Assembly: GCA_964291655.2 (NCBI GenBank)
Contig: OZ219802.1
Location: 32,001-96,000, forward strand
Source: Chloroflexota bacterium
GTDB taxonomy: Bacteria; Chloroflexota; UBA11872; VXOZ01
Direction of reading: 5' to 3'
DNA length: 64,000 bases
Every line of letters begins with the position of its first letter. Within the stretch, counting starts at the first letter, position 1. A program made the translations under genes and the position numbers. Below, one piece after another: positions 7,886 through 17,955 of this stretch. Below the pieces are notes generated by a model that worked only from the letters and a program-made list of their open reading frames with translations, was not told where the DNA came from and searched no databases.

Positions 7886-10384
7886 ATGGTACACGCGAAG
7901 CCTCTTGATCTGTCAGCAGTGCGGAATGCCGCGCGCCGTGACGACGTGTCCTCCTGGGACGGACCCGTGGCACTGAACTTGGACAAGCTGCCGGAGGGAG
8001 AGCAGGACTTCTGGGGGATTCCCTTCGCTCTAGGCTCTGTGGACGCAACGGAAAGTTGGATTCGCTTGAGTGAAGAGGGTGTCGCCGTTCCAGTCGGTAG
8101 CCGTGGCATCACGCACTTTGTCTTTGCGCACTTTTGCGACGCAGAACCGGGCGTGTCATCCCAGCCCGGCATGAGCGGCATGGTATTTTATCCTGGCGAG
8201 CAACTTGCCGCGTATACGCTCCGCTACGCCGACGGCGGGGAGCAGGTGCAATCAGTCCGGCGGCGGTTTGAAATCAACTCGACCGTCGCTTGGGGACAAA
8301 TGGCATTTGCTGCCCGGCCGCAGGGAGGCACGGATCCGGCTGACATCAACGGGCCGTACCCGCGCGGATCTTGGGGACACTGGCAGACGGGCCTCAAAAT
8401 GCAGCGGGCAAGGTCGGCTTCAAACTACTGGATTTACGCATTGCCAAACCCCCATCCCGATCGAACCGTTGAGTCGTTGCAGTTGGCGGCAACAAGCGGA
8501 GTCAACGTTGTGGTTGCCGGCATTACGCTTTATACGGGAAAGCACCATCCACTGCGCCACAATCAGTTGGAAAGTTTTCGCATTGTGCTACCAGCGGAAA
8601 TGCAGGATGCGTCGCCGGAAGACACAGCGGTGACGGTAGACCTTGGCACCTTGGCGCGCAAGTATGCAGTCCCGGCGTTCGACCCGGAGACGTGGCTCGA
8701 TGACGAGGCGCCCGGTTTGGGCGAGAAAGCCAGTAGTGAAGCAGAGAAGACGCTAATCGTGGACGTGACCGCAAGTCCCGATGCCACGCTGGACGTGGCT
8801 GGGCATGCCGTGCCTATGGAGTCCTTGTACGACGCGGGCGAGAGCAAGAGCGGGGACGGCAAGGTCCGTGTGGAGGTGCTTACGCCGGAGCGGACGTGGG
8901 TCCACGTACGCCTGGAAGAAGCAGCGAGTGGCAAAACAACCGCGGCGCGTGTTCACTTTCGTTCGCCGGACGGCCGCTATTTTCCACCCTACGGCCACCG
9001 GCATGAAGTAAACGACAACTGGTTTGAAGACTACGCCGGCGATCTCAAGTTGGGAACGACCCAGTACGCCTACGTGGACGGCACCTTTCAGATTGAACTG
9101 CCGGTTGGCGAAGTCTATGTCGAGATATTCAAAGGCTTCGAATACCAGCCACTACGCTCTCGCCTCAAGATTGCGCCGGGGCAGCGGGAATTAACCCTTA
9201 AGCTGGCGCGTCCGCTCAATTGGCGTGAGAATGGCTGGGTGACCGCCGATACCCACGTGCACTTCATCTCACCGCAAACCGCCTGGCTGGAAGGTCAGGC
9301 TGAAGGTGTGAACCTGATTAATCTTCTCGCCTCTCAATGGGGCGATTTGTACACCAACGTCGCTGACATTACCGGCGAGGTTTCCGGCGTCAGCCGAGAC
9401 GACACCGTTGTGTACGTGGGCACCGAAAACCGGCAACACTTGATGGGTCACATCAGCTTGCTGGGCGTCAAAGGTGAACCGGTGTACCCCATGACCACGG
9501 CCGGACCGGGTGAGAGCTACATTGGAGACCCAATACTCAGCAGCATGAGCGAATGGGCGGACCGCGCGCGCGAACGCGATGGCCTGGTGGTCATCCCGCA
9601 CTTCCCGAACCCTTATACCGAAGCAGTGGCGGAGATTGTGCTCGGCAAGGTAGACGCGGTTGAGCTCAAGTACTTTACGCCCTCCATCGACGGTTTTGGC
9701 CTGCATGAATGGTACCGATTCCTCAACAACGGCTACCGGGTGGCCGCTGTGGGTGGTACGGACAAGATGAGCGCCGGTATCCCTGTCGGCGGTGTGCGCA
9801 CCTACGCGCTGTTGGAGGACGAATTCTCGTTCGGCACATGGGCCCAGGCTGTGCGAGACGGGCGTACATTTACGACCAGCGGCCCGCTCCTGGATGTGCG
9901 CGTTGAAGGGAAACGGCCCGGCGATGAACTCAAGCTGCCGTCCGGCGGAGGCACATTGACGGTTGAGGCGTGGGCGGATTCAGTGCTGCCGTTCCATGAG
10001 CTACAAATTGTGTGCAACGGCGCCGTGGTCGCAACCAAGACAGTGCCCGATGGAGGCAAGACCTGCCGCATCAGTCAAGAGGTGAAGCTGGATGGAAGCG
10101 GTTGGATTGCGGCGCGTTGTGTCAGCTCGTTGGAAGTTCAACATTACTGGGTAGTGAATGTGGCGGCTCACACGTCCCCGGTATATGTCGTAGCGGACCA
10201 GCAAGATCTCTTCAACCCCAGTGACGCAACGTACATGATGACTATCCTGGATGGCGGACTGACCTGGCTCGACACCTTAGCGACGCGGGCCGACGCCGAA
10301 CGCCACGCGGGCGTGCGCCGGGTCTTTGAGCACGCAAAATCTCACCTCCAGGGGCGTCTGCACTCGCACGGACATGAGCACTAG
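7886..10384 (+). CDS. CehA/McbA-family PHP-like metallohydrolase
   Basis: WVTADTHVH, GHISLL, IPHFP, GGTDK, GRTFTTSGP, AHTSPVYV; GAGGAGG RBS before ATG 7886; His-rich C-terminus HSHGHEH. Confidence 0.75.
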   Translation: MVHAKPLDLSAVRNAARRDDVSSWDGPVALNLDKLPEGEQDFWGIPFALGSVDATESWIRLSEEGVAVPVGSRGITHFVFAHFCDAEPGVSSQPGMSGMVFYPGEQLAAYTLRYADGGEQVQSVRRRFEINSTVAWGQMAFAARPQGGTDPADINGPYPRGSWGHWQTGLKMQRARSASNYWIYALPNPHPDRTVESLQLAATSGVNVVVAGITLYTGKHHPLRHNQLESFRIVLPAEMQDASPEDTAVTVDLGTLARKYAVPAFDPETWLDDEAPGLGEKASSEAEKTLIVDVTASPDATLDVAGHAVPMESLYDAGESKSGDGKVRVEVLTPERTWVHVRLEEAASGKTTAARVHFRSPDGRYFPPYGHRHEVNDNWFEDYAGDLKLGTTQYAYVDGTFQIELPVGEVYVEIFKGFEYQPLRSRLKIAPGQRELTLKLARPLNWRENGWVTADTHVHFISPQTAWLEGQAEGVNLINLLASQWGDLYTNVADITGEVSGVSRDDTVVYVGTENRQHLMGHISLLGVKGEPVYPMTTAGPGESYIGDPILSSMSEWADRARERDGLVVIPHFPNPYTEAVAEIVLGKVDAVELKYFTPSIDGFGLHEWYRFLNNGYRVAAVGGTDKMSAGIPVGGVRTYALLEDEFSFGTWAQAVRDGRTFTTSGPLLDVRVEGKRPGDELKLPSGGGTLTVEAWADSVLPFHELQIVCNGAVVATKTVPDGGKTCRISQEVKLDGSGWIAARCVSSLEVQHYWVVNVAAHTSPVYVVADQQDLFNPSDATYMMTILDGGLTWLDTLATRADAERHAGVRRVFEHAKSHLQGRLHSHGHEH

Positions 10385-10832
10385 AGGCCGCGTGCCGGCA
10401 GCGAGTGACACCGGGTTCGCATTCGTAGAGCATACGGCCGACATTGGCGTGAGGGCTTGGGGGCCCACTCCCGCCGCCGCTTTTGCCGCCACCGCCCGTG
10501 GTATGTATGTCATTACACTTGGCAAGGAGCCGGCTGAAACGACGGGACGGACGATAGAGCGCACTGTTTCCGTCAGTGGCGAAACGTGGCCTGACCTCCT
10601 CGTGAACTGGCTTGCGGAATTGCTTTTCCAATTCAGTGTGGAGGGAGTGGTGGCTTTTGAATACGAGTTCTCGGCGTGCGCACCGCCGCGATGCTCCGCC
10701 TCAGTCACTGGCATAGCCATTGAAGATGAAGATCAAGTTGCGGGTGGGGAAATCAAGGCAGTGACGTATCATAATCTGAAGATCGACGTGCAGCCGGAGT
10801 GCACGACGGCGCAAGTAATCTTTGACATCTGA
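10374..10832 (+). CDS. Archease
   Basis: EHTADIG N-terminal motif, EIKAVTYH, C-terminal IFDI; directly upstream of rtcB; start could also be GTG 10392. Confidence 0.92.
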   Translation: MSTRGRVPAASDTGFAFVEHTADIGVRAWGPTPAAAFAATARGMYVITLGKEPAETTGRTIERTVSVSGETWPDLLVNWLAELLFQFSVEGVVAFEYEFSACAPPRCSASVTGIAIEDEDQVAGGEIKAVTYHNLKIDVQPECTTAQVIFDI

Positions 10833-10846
10833 GCAGGTGAGGTTTC

Positions 10847-12319
10847 ATGGGTAAGAGCGCGCCGCAGAACTGGCGGTCGGTGCTGCGACAGCGGGATGCG
10901 GTCCGCTGGGAATTGCCAGTCGAATACATGCCCGGCATGCGTGTGCCGGGGCTGATCTTTGCTGATGCGGCCATGATTGATTCGATGGCCGGTGACATGG
11001 CGATTCAGCAAGTGGCGAACATGGCCACGCTGCCGGGAATTGTGGGGCATGCCCTTGCCATGCCGGACATCCACTGGGGGTATGGTTTTCCCATTGGGGG
11101 CGTTGCGGCGACGCGGGTCGAGGACGGCGTTGTCTCGCCGGGCGGCGTCGGATTTGACATAAATTGCGGCGTGCGGCTCTTGCGCACCAACCTTCACGAA
11201 CGGGCAGTAAGGGGCCGTCTGCCGGAGATTGTGGATCAGCTCTTTCGTGACGTCCCTACCGGTCTGGGGCGCGGCAAGAGGAAGCGCGTCGTGAACATAA
11301 ACGTGGAAGGCGCTCTTGCCGCGGGGGCGGCGTGGGCAGTGGAGAACGGTCACGGTAGGCGGGAAGACCTCGCCGCTATCGAAGCGGGAGGGTGTCTACC
11401 CGGCGCCGATCCGACGCAAGTGAGCCAGCGGGCGCGTCAAAGAGGGGCCCCTCAGCTGGGTTCGCTGGGTTCCGGCAACCACTTCCTGGAAATGCAAGTG
11501 GTGGAGACCATTGCGGACGCAGAAGCCGCCCACGCGTTCGGCATCACGGAACCTGGGCAGGTCATGCTTTCCATTCATACCGGCTCTCGCGGGCTAGGCC
11601 ACCAGGTGTGCCAGGAATTTCTGGGCACAATGCAGCGCGCGATGGAGAAGTACCGCATTTCCCTACCAGACAGGCAGCTAGCGTGTGCGCCCATTCAGTC
11701 CGAAGAGGGCCAGGCGTATCTCGGCGCGATGTCCGCTGCGGCAAATTTCGCTTTCGCCAACCGCCAGGCCATTACCGAACGCACACGGCGGGCGTTTCAG
11801 CACGTGCTTGGCAGCTCAGCGTCTGAAATTGAGATTGGTGTGGTCTACGACGTTGCCCACAACATCGCGAAGATGGAACGCCATCGGGTCAATGGCAAGG
11901 AAGCGGACCTGTGCGTTCACCGCAAAGGCGCCACCCGGGCTTTGCCTGCGGGGGATGCCGATGTGCCCGCGATGTACCGCTCTGTGGGTCAGCCGGTCCT
12001 CATCCCCGGTGACATGGGACGTTACTCGTACATTCTCGTGGGGCAGGACCGGGCGCGGCACGAGACCTTTGCCTCAACCTGTCACGGCGCGGGACGTTTA
12101 CTAAGCCGGGGTGCAGCCAAGAAGAAGCTGGCCGGTGTCGACCTTACACAGGTGCTCCGCAGCAAGGGCATTGTCGTGCGTGCCCAGAGCAAGGCCGGTC
12201 TGGCGGAGGAGGCAAGCGATGCCTACAAGGACGTGCGAGAGGTGGTGAGTGTGGTCGAGCAATCCGGCATTGCCCGTGTGGTGGCGCGCGTGCGGCCAAT
12301 CGGTGTGATCAAGGGTTGA
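10847..12319 (+). CDS. rtcB: RtcB RNA 2',3'-cyclic-phosphate/5'-OH ligase (long, archease-associated type)
   Basis: MPDIHWGYGFPIGGV, GFDINCGVR, GSGNHFLE, IHTGSRG, DVAHN, HRKGAT, CHGAGR, EEASDAYK, terminal VIKG. Confidence 0.96.
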   Translation: MGKSAPQNWRSVLRQRDAVRWELPVEYMPGMRVPGLIFADAAMIDSMAGDMAIQQVANMATLPGIVGHALAMPDIHWGYGFPIGGVAATRVEDGVVSPGGVGFDINCGVRLLRTNLHERAVRGRLPEIVDQLFRDVPTGLGRGKRKRVVNINVEGALAAGAAWAVENGHGRREDLAAIEAGGCLPGADPTQVSQRARQRGAPQLGSLGSGNHFLEMQVVETIADAEAAHAFGITEPGQVMLSIHTGSRGLGHQVCQEFLGTMQRAMEKYRISLPDRQLACAPIQSEEGQAYLGAMSAAANFAFANRQAITERTRRAFQHVLGSSASEIEIGVVYDVAHNIAKMERHRVNGKEADLCVHRKGATRALPAGDADVPAMYRSVGQPVLIPGDMGRYSYILVGQDRARHETFASTCHGAGRLLSRGAAKKKLAGVDLTQVLRSKGIVVRAQSKAGLAEEASDAYKDVREVVSVVEQSGIARVVARVRPIGVIKG

Positions 12320-12323
12320 CTCG

Positions 12324-13346
12324 ATGCTCCAAGGCAAACTACCCGCAGCGCTCTTGTCTGAACTACTCAAAGCTATACCAATCGATGACCCGGACGTAAT
12401 CGTGGGTCCCCGCTTGGGCGAGGATGCCGCCGTGTTGGACATTGGCGATCGGTATCTCATCGCAAAAAGCGATCCGATTACGTTCACCGCGCACCGCATT
12501 GGCTGGTACGCTTTGCAGATCAATGCCAATGACGTGGCAACGATGGGTGCGCGTCCGCGCTGGTTCCTGGGCACCCTCTTGCTCCCACCCACGTGCAGCG
12601 AAGATACAGTAAAGGAAATATTCGCCGACATCAAGGAAGCGTGCCGGGTGCTGGGTGTCACGCTGGTTGGCGGGCATACGGAGGTAACCGACGGTGTCGT
12701 CCGACCCATCCTTGCCGGGACACTCTTGGGAGAGGTCGCCAAAGACCGGCTCGTCATGAATGCGGACGCGCGGCCCGGGGATGTAATCCTTCTCACTGCA
12801 GGCATTGCGATTGAAGGCACTGCCATTCTTGCACAGGATGCGAGCGAGGAGCTCGCGGCCCAAGGCGTAGCGCCGGTCACAATCGCGCGTGCGCAGGCAT
12901 ACCTTGACGATCCCGGTATCAGCGTGGTTCATGCCGCGGAGGCGTTGTGCCGTGCAGTGCATCCACGCGCGATGCACGATCCCACGGAAGGCGGACTGGC
13001 AACGGCTCTGGTTGAACTGGCGGCAGGGGCGGCATGTGGGCTCGCAATCGACCTTGCTACCGTGCTGGTCTTATCGGAGACCGCCGAAATCTGCATGGCT
13101 CTAGCGCTTGACCCACTCGGCTTACTCGCGTCAGGCGCCTTGCTCGCGGTCGTAGCGCCGGATGACGTCGTCAAGTCCTTAACAGCACTGCAGGATTGTG
13201 GCATAGAAGCTGCCGCCATTGGCCGCATGGCCGAGCAGGCGGAAGGAGTGCGGATGCAGGTGGAAGGGGCTTGGCACCCAGTACCTACATTCCCGCGCGA
13301 TGAATTGGCGCGCTTCTTTGCAGAAGCCGGCGGGAACGAAACGTAG
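12324..13346 (+). CDS. AIR synthase/PurM-HypE superfamily protein
   Basis: GEDAAVL, NANDVATMGARP, VGGHTE, MHDPTEGG, DPLGLLASGALL; lacks the HypE C-terminal PRIC. Confidence 0.85.
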   Translation: MLQGKLPAALLSELLKAIPIDDPDVIVGPRLGEDAAVLDIGDRYLIAKSDPITFTAHRIGWYALQINANDVATMGARPRWFLGTLLLPPTCSEDTVKEIFADIKEACRVLGVTLVGGHTEVTDGVVRPILAGTLLGEVAKDRLVMNADARPGDVILLTAGIAIEGTAILAQDASEELAAQGVAPVTIARAQAYLDDPGISVVHAAEALCRAVHPRAMHDPTEGGLATALVELAAGAACGLAIDLATVLVLSETAEICMALALDPLGLLASGALLAVVAPDDVVKSLTALQDCGIEAAAIGRMAEQAEGVRMQVEGAWHPVPTFPRDELARFFAEAGGNET

Positions 13347-13579
13347 GTTGTTTGCACTGCAGCGGCGGCGAGACCATCCGGATGCGACACATCCGGCCGA
13401 TGTCGAACGTGCGCTAATTGGGCAGGGACTCTATACTTGAAAGAGGATGAAACCTGCTAGGTGTGAAGGTGGGTGCTGCCTAAGAGCGTGGTACGGTTCA
13501 TGCCGCTGGCATGTGCAGACCAGAGCAATCAAGAGAAGCCAACTAGCAAGACAAGGAAGTTCAGCAAGGGAGAGAACGG

Positions 13580-14641
13580 ATGCCTAAGGTTATTGACCTG
13601 CGCAGCGATACAGTAAGTATGCCAACCGCGGAAATGCGCGAGGCTATGAGGAATGCGGAAGTCGGTGACGATTGCTATCGAGAAGACCCTTCCGTTAATC
13701 GATTAGAGGCCATGGCGGCGGAAATCACGGGCAAAGAAGCAGCGCTTATGGTCACCAGCGGCACGCAAGGAAACCTCGTGTGCCTCCTCACCCATTGCCG
13801 CAATGGTGACGAGTTCGTTGTAGCAGACGAAGCTCATATCATTACCACTGAGTCTGGCGATTTTGCCTGTGTGGCGGGGGCATCACCCCGCATCGCGCCG
13901 TCGGAGAGGGGCATCCTGACAGCCGACAATATCCGCAGTGTGTTGCGACGGTCCTATGACGCATTTTCTCCCACACGCCTGATCTGTCTTGAAAACACTA
14001 ACAACCGTGGCGGCGGGGCCATTTACCCGTTGGCTACCCTTGCCGGCATCCGTGAGCTGGCTGATGAGCAAGGCATTAGCGTGCACATGGATGGCGCGCG
14101 TGTTTTCAATGCAGCGGCGGGTTTGGGCGTCCCTGTGTCTGAAGTCGTGCAGTACGTAGATTCGGTGACGTTTTGCCTCTCCAAGGCATTGAGCGCACCT
14201 GTAGGGTCTATTATTTGCGGTACCGCAGAGTATATAGAGACGGCCAGACGCTTCCGGCGGATGCTCGGCGGCGGCTTGCGGCAGTCCGGCGTGCTAGCCG
14301 CTGCCGGCATTGTCGCGTTGGAGACTATTCCCCAGAAGCTTCCCCAAGATCATGCCAATGCCCGCCGCCTCGGCGAAGGACTTGGCGAGATCGACGGCAT
14401 TTCCGCCGATTCCGTGGAGACCAATATGATTTATATCGATATTGACCCCTCTTTGGGGGAGGCTCAGCAGCTTGTGGATGAGTTGGCAGCGCGGTCAGTG
14501 AAGTGCAGCGCCGTCTCAGCCGATCGCATTCGCCTCGTGACCTACCACCAAGTCACAGCGGAAGACATCGAATCGGCCATTGAGGCCGCACGCGATGCAG
14601 TCAAGGCGATGACCAATGTGCCGGCTGCCGCGCAGGTTTAG
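13580..14641 (+). CDS. ltaE: Low-specificity L-threonine aldolase
   Basis: IDLRSDTV, VGDD, SGTQGNL, CLENT, HMDGARVFNA, CLSKALSAPVGS (PLP lysine), GGGLRQSG. Confidence 0.9.
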   Translation: MPKVIDLRSDTVSMPTAEMREAMRNAEVGDDCYREDPSVNRLEAMAAEITGKEAALMVTSGTQGNLVCLLTHCRNGDEFVVADEAHIITTESGDFACVAGASPRIAPSERGILTADNIRSVLRRSYDAFSPTRLICLENTNNRGGGAIYPLATLAGIRELADEQGISVHMDGARVFNAAAGLGVPVSEVVQYVDSVTFCLSKALSAPVGSIICGTAEYIETARRFRRMLGGGLRQSGVLAAAGIVALETIPQKLPQDHANARRLGEGLGEIDGISADSVETNMIYIDIDPSLGEAQQLVDELAARSVKCSAVSADRIRLVTYHQVTAEDIESAIEAARDAVKAMTNVPAAAQV

Positions 14642-14744
14642 TTTGGCTTCGGATTTCAGCTTGGGTCAGGAGAGTCTCAGCAATAGCGCAGTGCAATCGG
14701 ACCTATAGCGGACTGCCGTGCTTAGTGAAGTGACGCAGATGCGT

Positions 14745-16445
14745 CTACTGTTCATCTTCCTGAGGGGCCTGCAAGCGCCGCCGCACTTCATCCGGCGTGA
14801 GTGAAGTCTCCAGAAGTGCGAGCTCAGTGCCCTCCGGCAGGGAGCTTTGCGCAATTTGGGCTTGCGCGGCTTTGAGGTTACCGCCCGTAAGCGTGACCAC
14901 AACGCTGTGCACTTCCGGTTCGGACGCGGTAACTCCAGCTGCTGAAGGCGCCTGACTCTCAGTGACCGTAGGTTCTTCTTCCTCCCGTGGGGCCCGGTGC
15001 TCCAGACGCAGAAAGCGCACATGGTACGCCAACAATGTGATGGCAATCAGCGCCAAACTGACGTTGATGTTCAAAGCATCGATGAAGTCGTTGCCCGAGC
15101 CGATGCCAAGCACGGAACGCAACCCTTGGTAGAGCAGCGTCCCGACTGCAATCACAACGGCGATCACGCTAGCTGATGATACCAGGGAGAGGTAAATGCG
15201 GCGCACCAGCGACCCTCGTTCTGCACCGCTTTCGTCGGCCTCCAAATCGTGCTGAATCTGGCGCCAATACCACACCCAAGCGGCGAGGCCCACGAGCAGC
15301 AACGTCACGTAGAGGCTAAGCTGCTGCTGCAGGAATTTCTCCGGCAGATCGAGGGTGTCCGCCTGGCCGGTCAGAATTCCTACGATCAGGCGCAGGATGC
15401 CAAATGCCCCAAATGCCAACAAAGAGATGCCTATGGCCGTTAACAGGTAGGAGTAAACACGCCGTATCGACGCCTGTTGCGGCAATTCGGAGACGAGGGC
15501 AGCATCTTGCTGCAAATGGTACCGGTGATAGAACCAGCCCGTGGCAGCTACGACCGCAACTGGAATGATCCACGCCAGGTTATCGCGGAACGCAAGCTGA
15601 TCGTCAACGGCATTCAGGATGTTCAAGAGTACCAAATAGAGAATTCGCCCAATTGCCAAGAGTGCGCCGGCTGCGGCAATGCCCACGGACAGATAGAGAT
15701 AGACCTTGCGCAGGGCCGATCGTAATTCCGGACTATCGGCAGTGGCGGTTCGGCGCTGGATCATAGCCCAGTGGAACGACCAGCCGACACCTCCGACAAC
15801 GATCCAAGCCACGCTGTTTACGAAGGGCATTTCCCACCACGCAGCATCGGCTGATTCAGCTCCAATGAATCGTTGAATAATCGTTGTGAGCAGTGGGATG
15901 AGTGATGTAACCACTATTCCCAAACTGCCGAAGGATGCAGCGTACCAATACCAGCGCGTAATAGTTGCGGCCGCCCCGGTTTGAAGCTGCGCGGGTGGTC
16001 GCTGGCGGATATGGTACGTCCAGAACAGGCCGTAGATTACCACCTCAGCGAGATGGTCCAGCAAATTGGCCGTTTCAAAGGAATTGCCCGCAAGGCGCGC
16101 AAGCGGAACGAACAGGACCTCTCCGGCTCCCTCGGCAGTCTCAATGAGGGTAACGCCCAAGACGCCTAGGAAAAATAGTGCACGGAGCGGGCTAGCTTCC
16201 TCGGCGCTGTTGCGCGCAAGTCGCTGTGCCCATATCCAATGTCCCAGCCAGAGCGGGGTTCCCACTGCGATCAGGGCGAGGTTGAGGCTCAGTTGTTCGC
16301 GCCACCAGTCACTGCCTAGACTGAACTCGGCGTCTGGCGTAAATGTCAGGAGGGCAAGCCGCAGCAGTTCGCTGCTGGCATGCATGAAAAGCAAGAGGCC
16401 GATAAAAGCAGCAGCAAGAATGTAGAGGCGCCGTACCGTAAGCAT
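14745..16445 (-). CDS. Multi-pass membrane protein with repeated units (DUF5671-like)
   Basis: Repeated pattern [R/K][R/K]xYxY-TM...WxxH; many hydrophobic helices; ATG 16445 has a GGGGA RBS. Confidence 0.6.
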   Translation of the reverse strand: MLTVRRLYILAAAFIGLLLFMHASSELLRLALLTFTPDAEFSLGSDWWREQLSLNLALIAVGTPLWLGHWIWAQRLARNSAEEASPLRALFFLGVLGVTLIETAEGAGEVLFVPLARLAGNSFETANLLDHLAEVVIYGLFWTYHIRQRPPAQLQTGAAATITRWYWYAASFGSLGIVVTSLIPLLTTIIQRFIGAESADAAWWEMPFVNSVAWIVVGGVGWSFHWAMIQRRTATADSPELRSALRKVYLYLSVGIAAAGALLAIGRILYLVLLNILNAVDDQLAFRDNLAWIIPVAVVAATGWFYHRYHLQQDAALVSELPQQASIRRVYSYLLTAIGISLLAFGAFGILRLIVGILTGQADTLDLPEKFLQQQLSLYVTLLLVGLAAWVWYWRQIQHDLEADESGAERGSLVRRIYLSLVSSASVIAVVIAVGTLLYQGLRSVLGIGSGNDFIDALNINVSLALIAITLLAYHVRFLRLEHRAPREEEEPTVTESQAPSAAGVTASEPEVHSVVVTLTGGNLKAAQAQIAQSSLPEGTELALLETSLTPDEVRRRLQAPQEDEQ

Positions 16446-16489
16446 TGCTTGTTCCCCGCTACGCGAGTGGCTGATTGCAGTGACGTTTC

Positions 16490-17017
16490 CTACGCGACGA
16501 TATTGTGCAGCATCCATATGTCGAAGGGCTTAACGACCTTCCACTCGCCATCGATCTGCCGCAACCGCACTTCAACTTCACGCGAGTACCGGTTGGACTC
16601 AAAGACTCCAAGGAGACCCAAGGGCGTCGGACGGGAGTACCAGGTAGTAATGTTGACCCGCACGGTCGCCAGACCCTCCACGGTCTCAGCTCCTTCAACC
16701 ACCAAGCGCACGCCGGTATTCAAGCCCGAACGACGCGAAGGCAATAGCGAATATCCGCTATCCTTCTCCCGTTCTTCTATGTCCTCCAGGACTTCCGGCG
16801 AGAGATAGGACTTGGTCCGGTCTTCATCCCCGCGCGTTGCCGCAACCACAAGATTGTGCACGATGTCTTCGGGCGCGGTGCCGGCACTGTATTCAAGCTC
16901 AACCGACGTAGGAGAGCGCCATACGAGAACGACGGCGAATACTATGATGAAGAATATGACGATAAGAATCGTCGCCAGAAACCGGTCAATTCCTTTTAGC
17001 ATCGGACCTGCCTGCAA
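16490..17017 (-). CDS. Hypothetical single-TM exported protein
   Basis: N-terminal TM helix, then PEDIVHNL and C-terminal LRQIDGEWKV typical of NTF2-like/DUF4878-type surface proteins; start uncertain. Confidence 0.6.
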   Translation of the reverse strand: MQAGPMLKGIDRFLATILIVIFFIIVFAVVLVWRSPTSVELEYSAGTAPEDIVHNLVVAATRGDEDRTKSYLSPEVLEDIEEREKDSGYSLLPSRRSGLNTGVRLVVEGAETVEGLATVRVNITTWYSRPTPLGLLGVFESNRYSREVEVRLRQIDGEWKVVKPFDIWMLHNIVA

Positions 17018-17250
17018 TTCTCAGTAGCGTGCTGCAAGATCGGCTATGAGTCTAGTATAGCAAGACGGCATCGAAACCAGATGGAAATCTGCAACATGGA
17101 TTAGAATTCAGAAGGGGCACCGGCGTGCTACGTTGGAATAGTCGCTTGTGAAGGCTTCTGTAGTGACTCAGGGAGAGGTCGCGTAGAATCTAAGGGCAGG
17201 AGTTGCTTCAGACCGGCTAGGCGCGGTACTTGCCGCGAGGAGGATTGTGG

Positions 17251-17955
17251 ATGAGCGTACTCTCAGGGAAGACTCTTGGCGGACTGTGCCTCATTGTGGG
17301 CCCGATCCTGGCGCTCGTCTTCTTTGTCTTCCAGCCTGGCGGCGTCCTCTACAACAACGCCTTGATGGACAAGGCCGAAGCTACCATAGTCGCTCTGGAG
17401 CGCTACCATGCTCTGGCAAACCTCACGGGTATCGGTATTGCGCTGGGACTAACTCTCGCCCTCTACGGCCAATTCGCACTTCTGCGCAGCTTGCAGAGTG
17501 ACACAGGCGATGAGGCTCTTTCTCAGTTGGGCCTGTTGTTCCTGGCGGTGGGCGCAATCGGTTGGGTAGTGATGCAGGGGCTGAACCTGGAAATGGCCGA
17601 TACGAACACGGAGAGTGCTGCCTCCTTCCAGTCAGCCGCAGCCGTTTTCAGGGTTGAATTCGGGATAAGCCTGATCGCGGGCCTTTGTGTCGCGCTGGGA
17701 TTCTTGCTCTTTAGTTTGGGACTTGCGACCAGAAAGGGTTTCAACCGCATTGCCGCCGGGATCATTGCCGTTGTCTCGCTCATCGCGCTCGTGAGTCAGA
17801 TAATCGGCATCAGCGTCACGTCTCTAACGAATTCCATGATCCAGATAGCACGGCTTTGCTTTGTCTTTTGGGCAGTCTGGAGCATATTACTTGGCGTGGG
17901 CTTGCTCCGACGGAGCAGATTGAAGCCGGTTGAGGAAATCGGAGACCAGCGGTAG
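17251..17955 (+). CDS. Hypothetical membrane protein (about 6 TM)
   Basis: Hydrophobic helices; GAGGAGG RBS before ATG 17251. Confidence 0.7.
   Translation: MSVLSGKTLGGLCLIVGPILALVFFVFQPGGVLYNNALMDKAEATIVALERYHALANLTGIGIALGLTLALYGQFALLRSLQSDTGDEALSQLGLLFLAVGAIGWVVMQGLNLEMADTNTESAASFQSAAAVFRVEFGISLIAGLCVALGFLLFSLGLATRKGFNRIAAGIIAVVSLIALVSQIIGISVTSLTNSMIQIARLCFVFWAVWSILLGVGLLRRSRLKPVEEIGDQR

Noticed and set aside
12324-13346. HypE or SelD assignment
   Set aside because: No C-terminal PRIC, no SelD N-terminal Cys/Sec-x-x-Lys motif, no hydrogenase or selenium genes in the window
13347-13579. Glycine riboswitch upstream of ltaE
   Set aside because: The conserved GGAGA...CCGAAG...CTCTCAGG pattern is not visible; an Rfam scan would settle it
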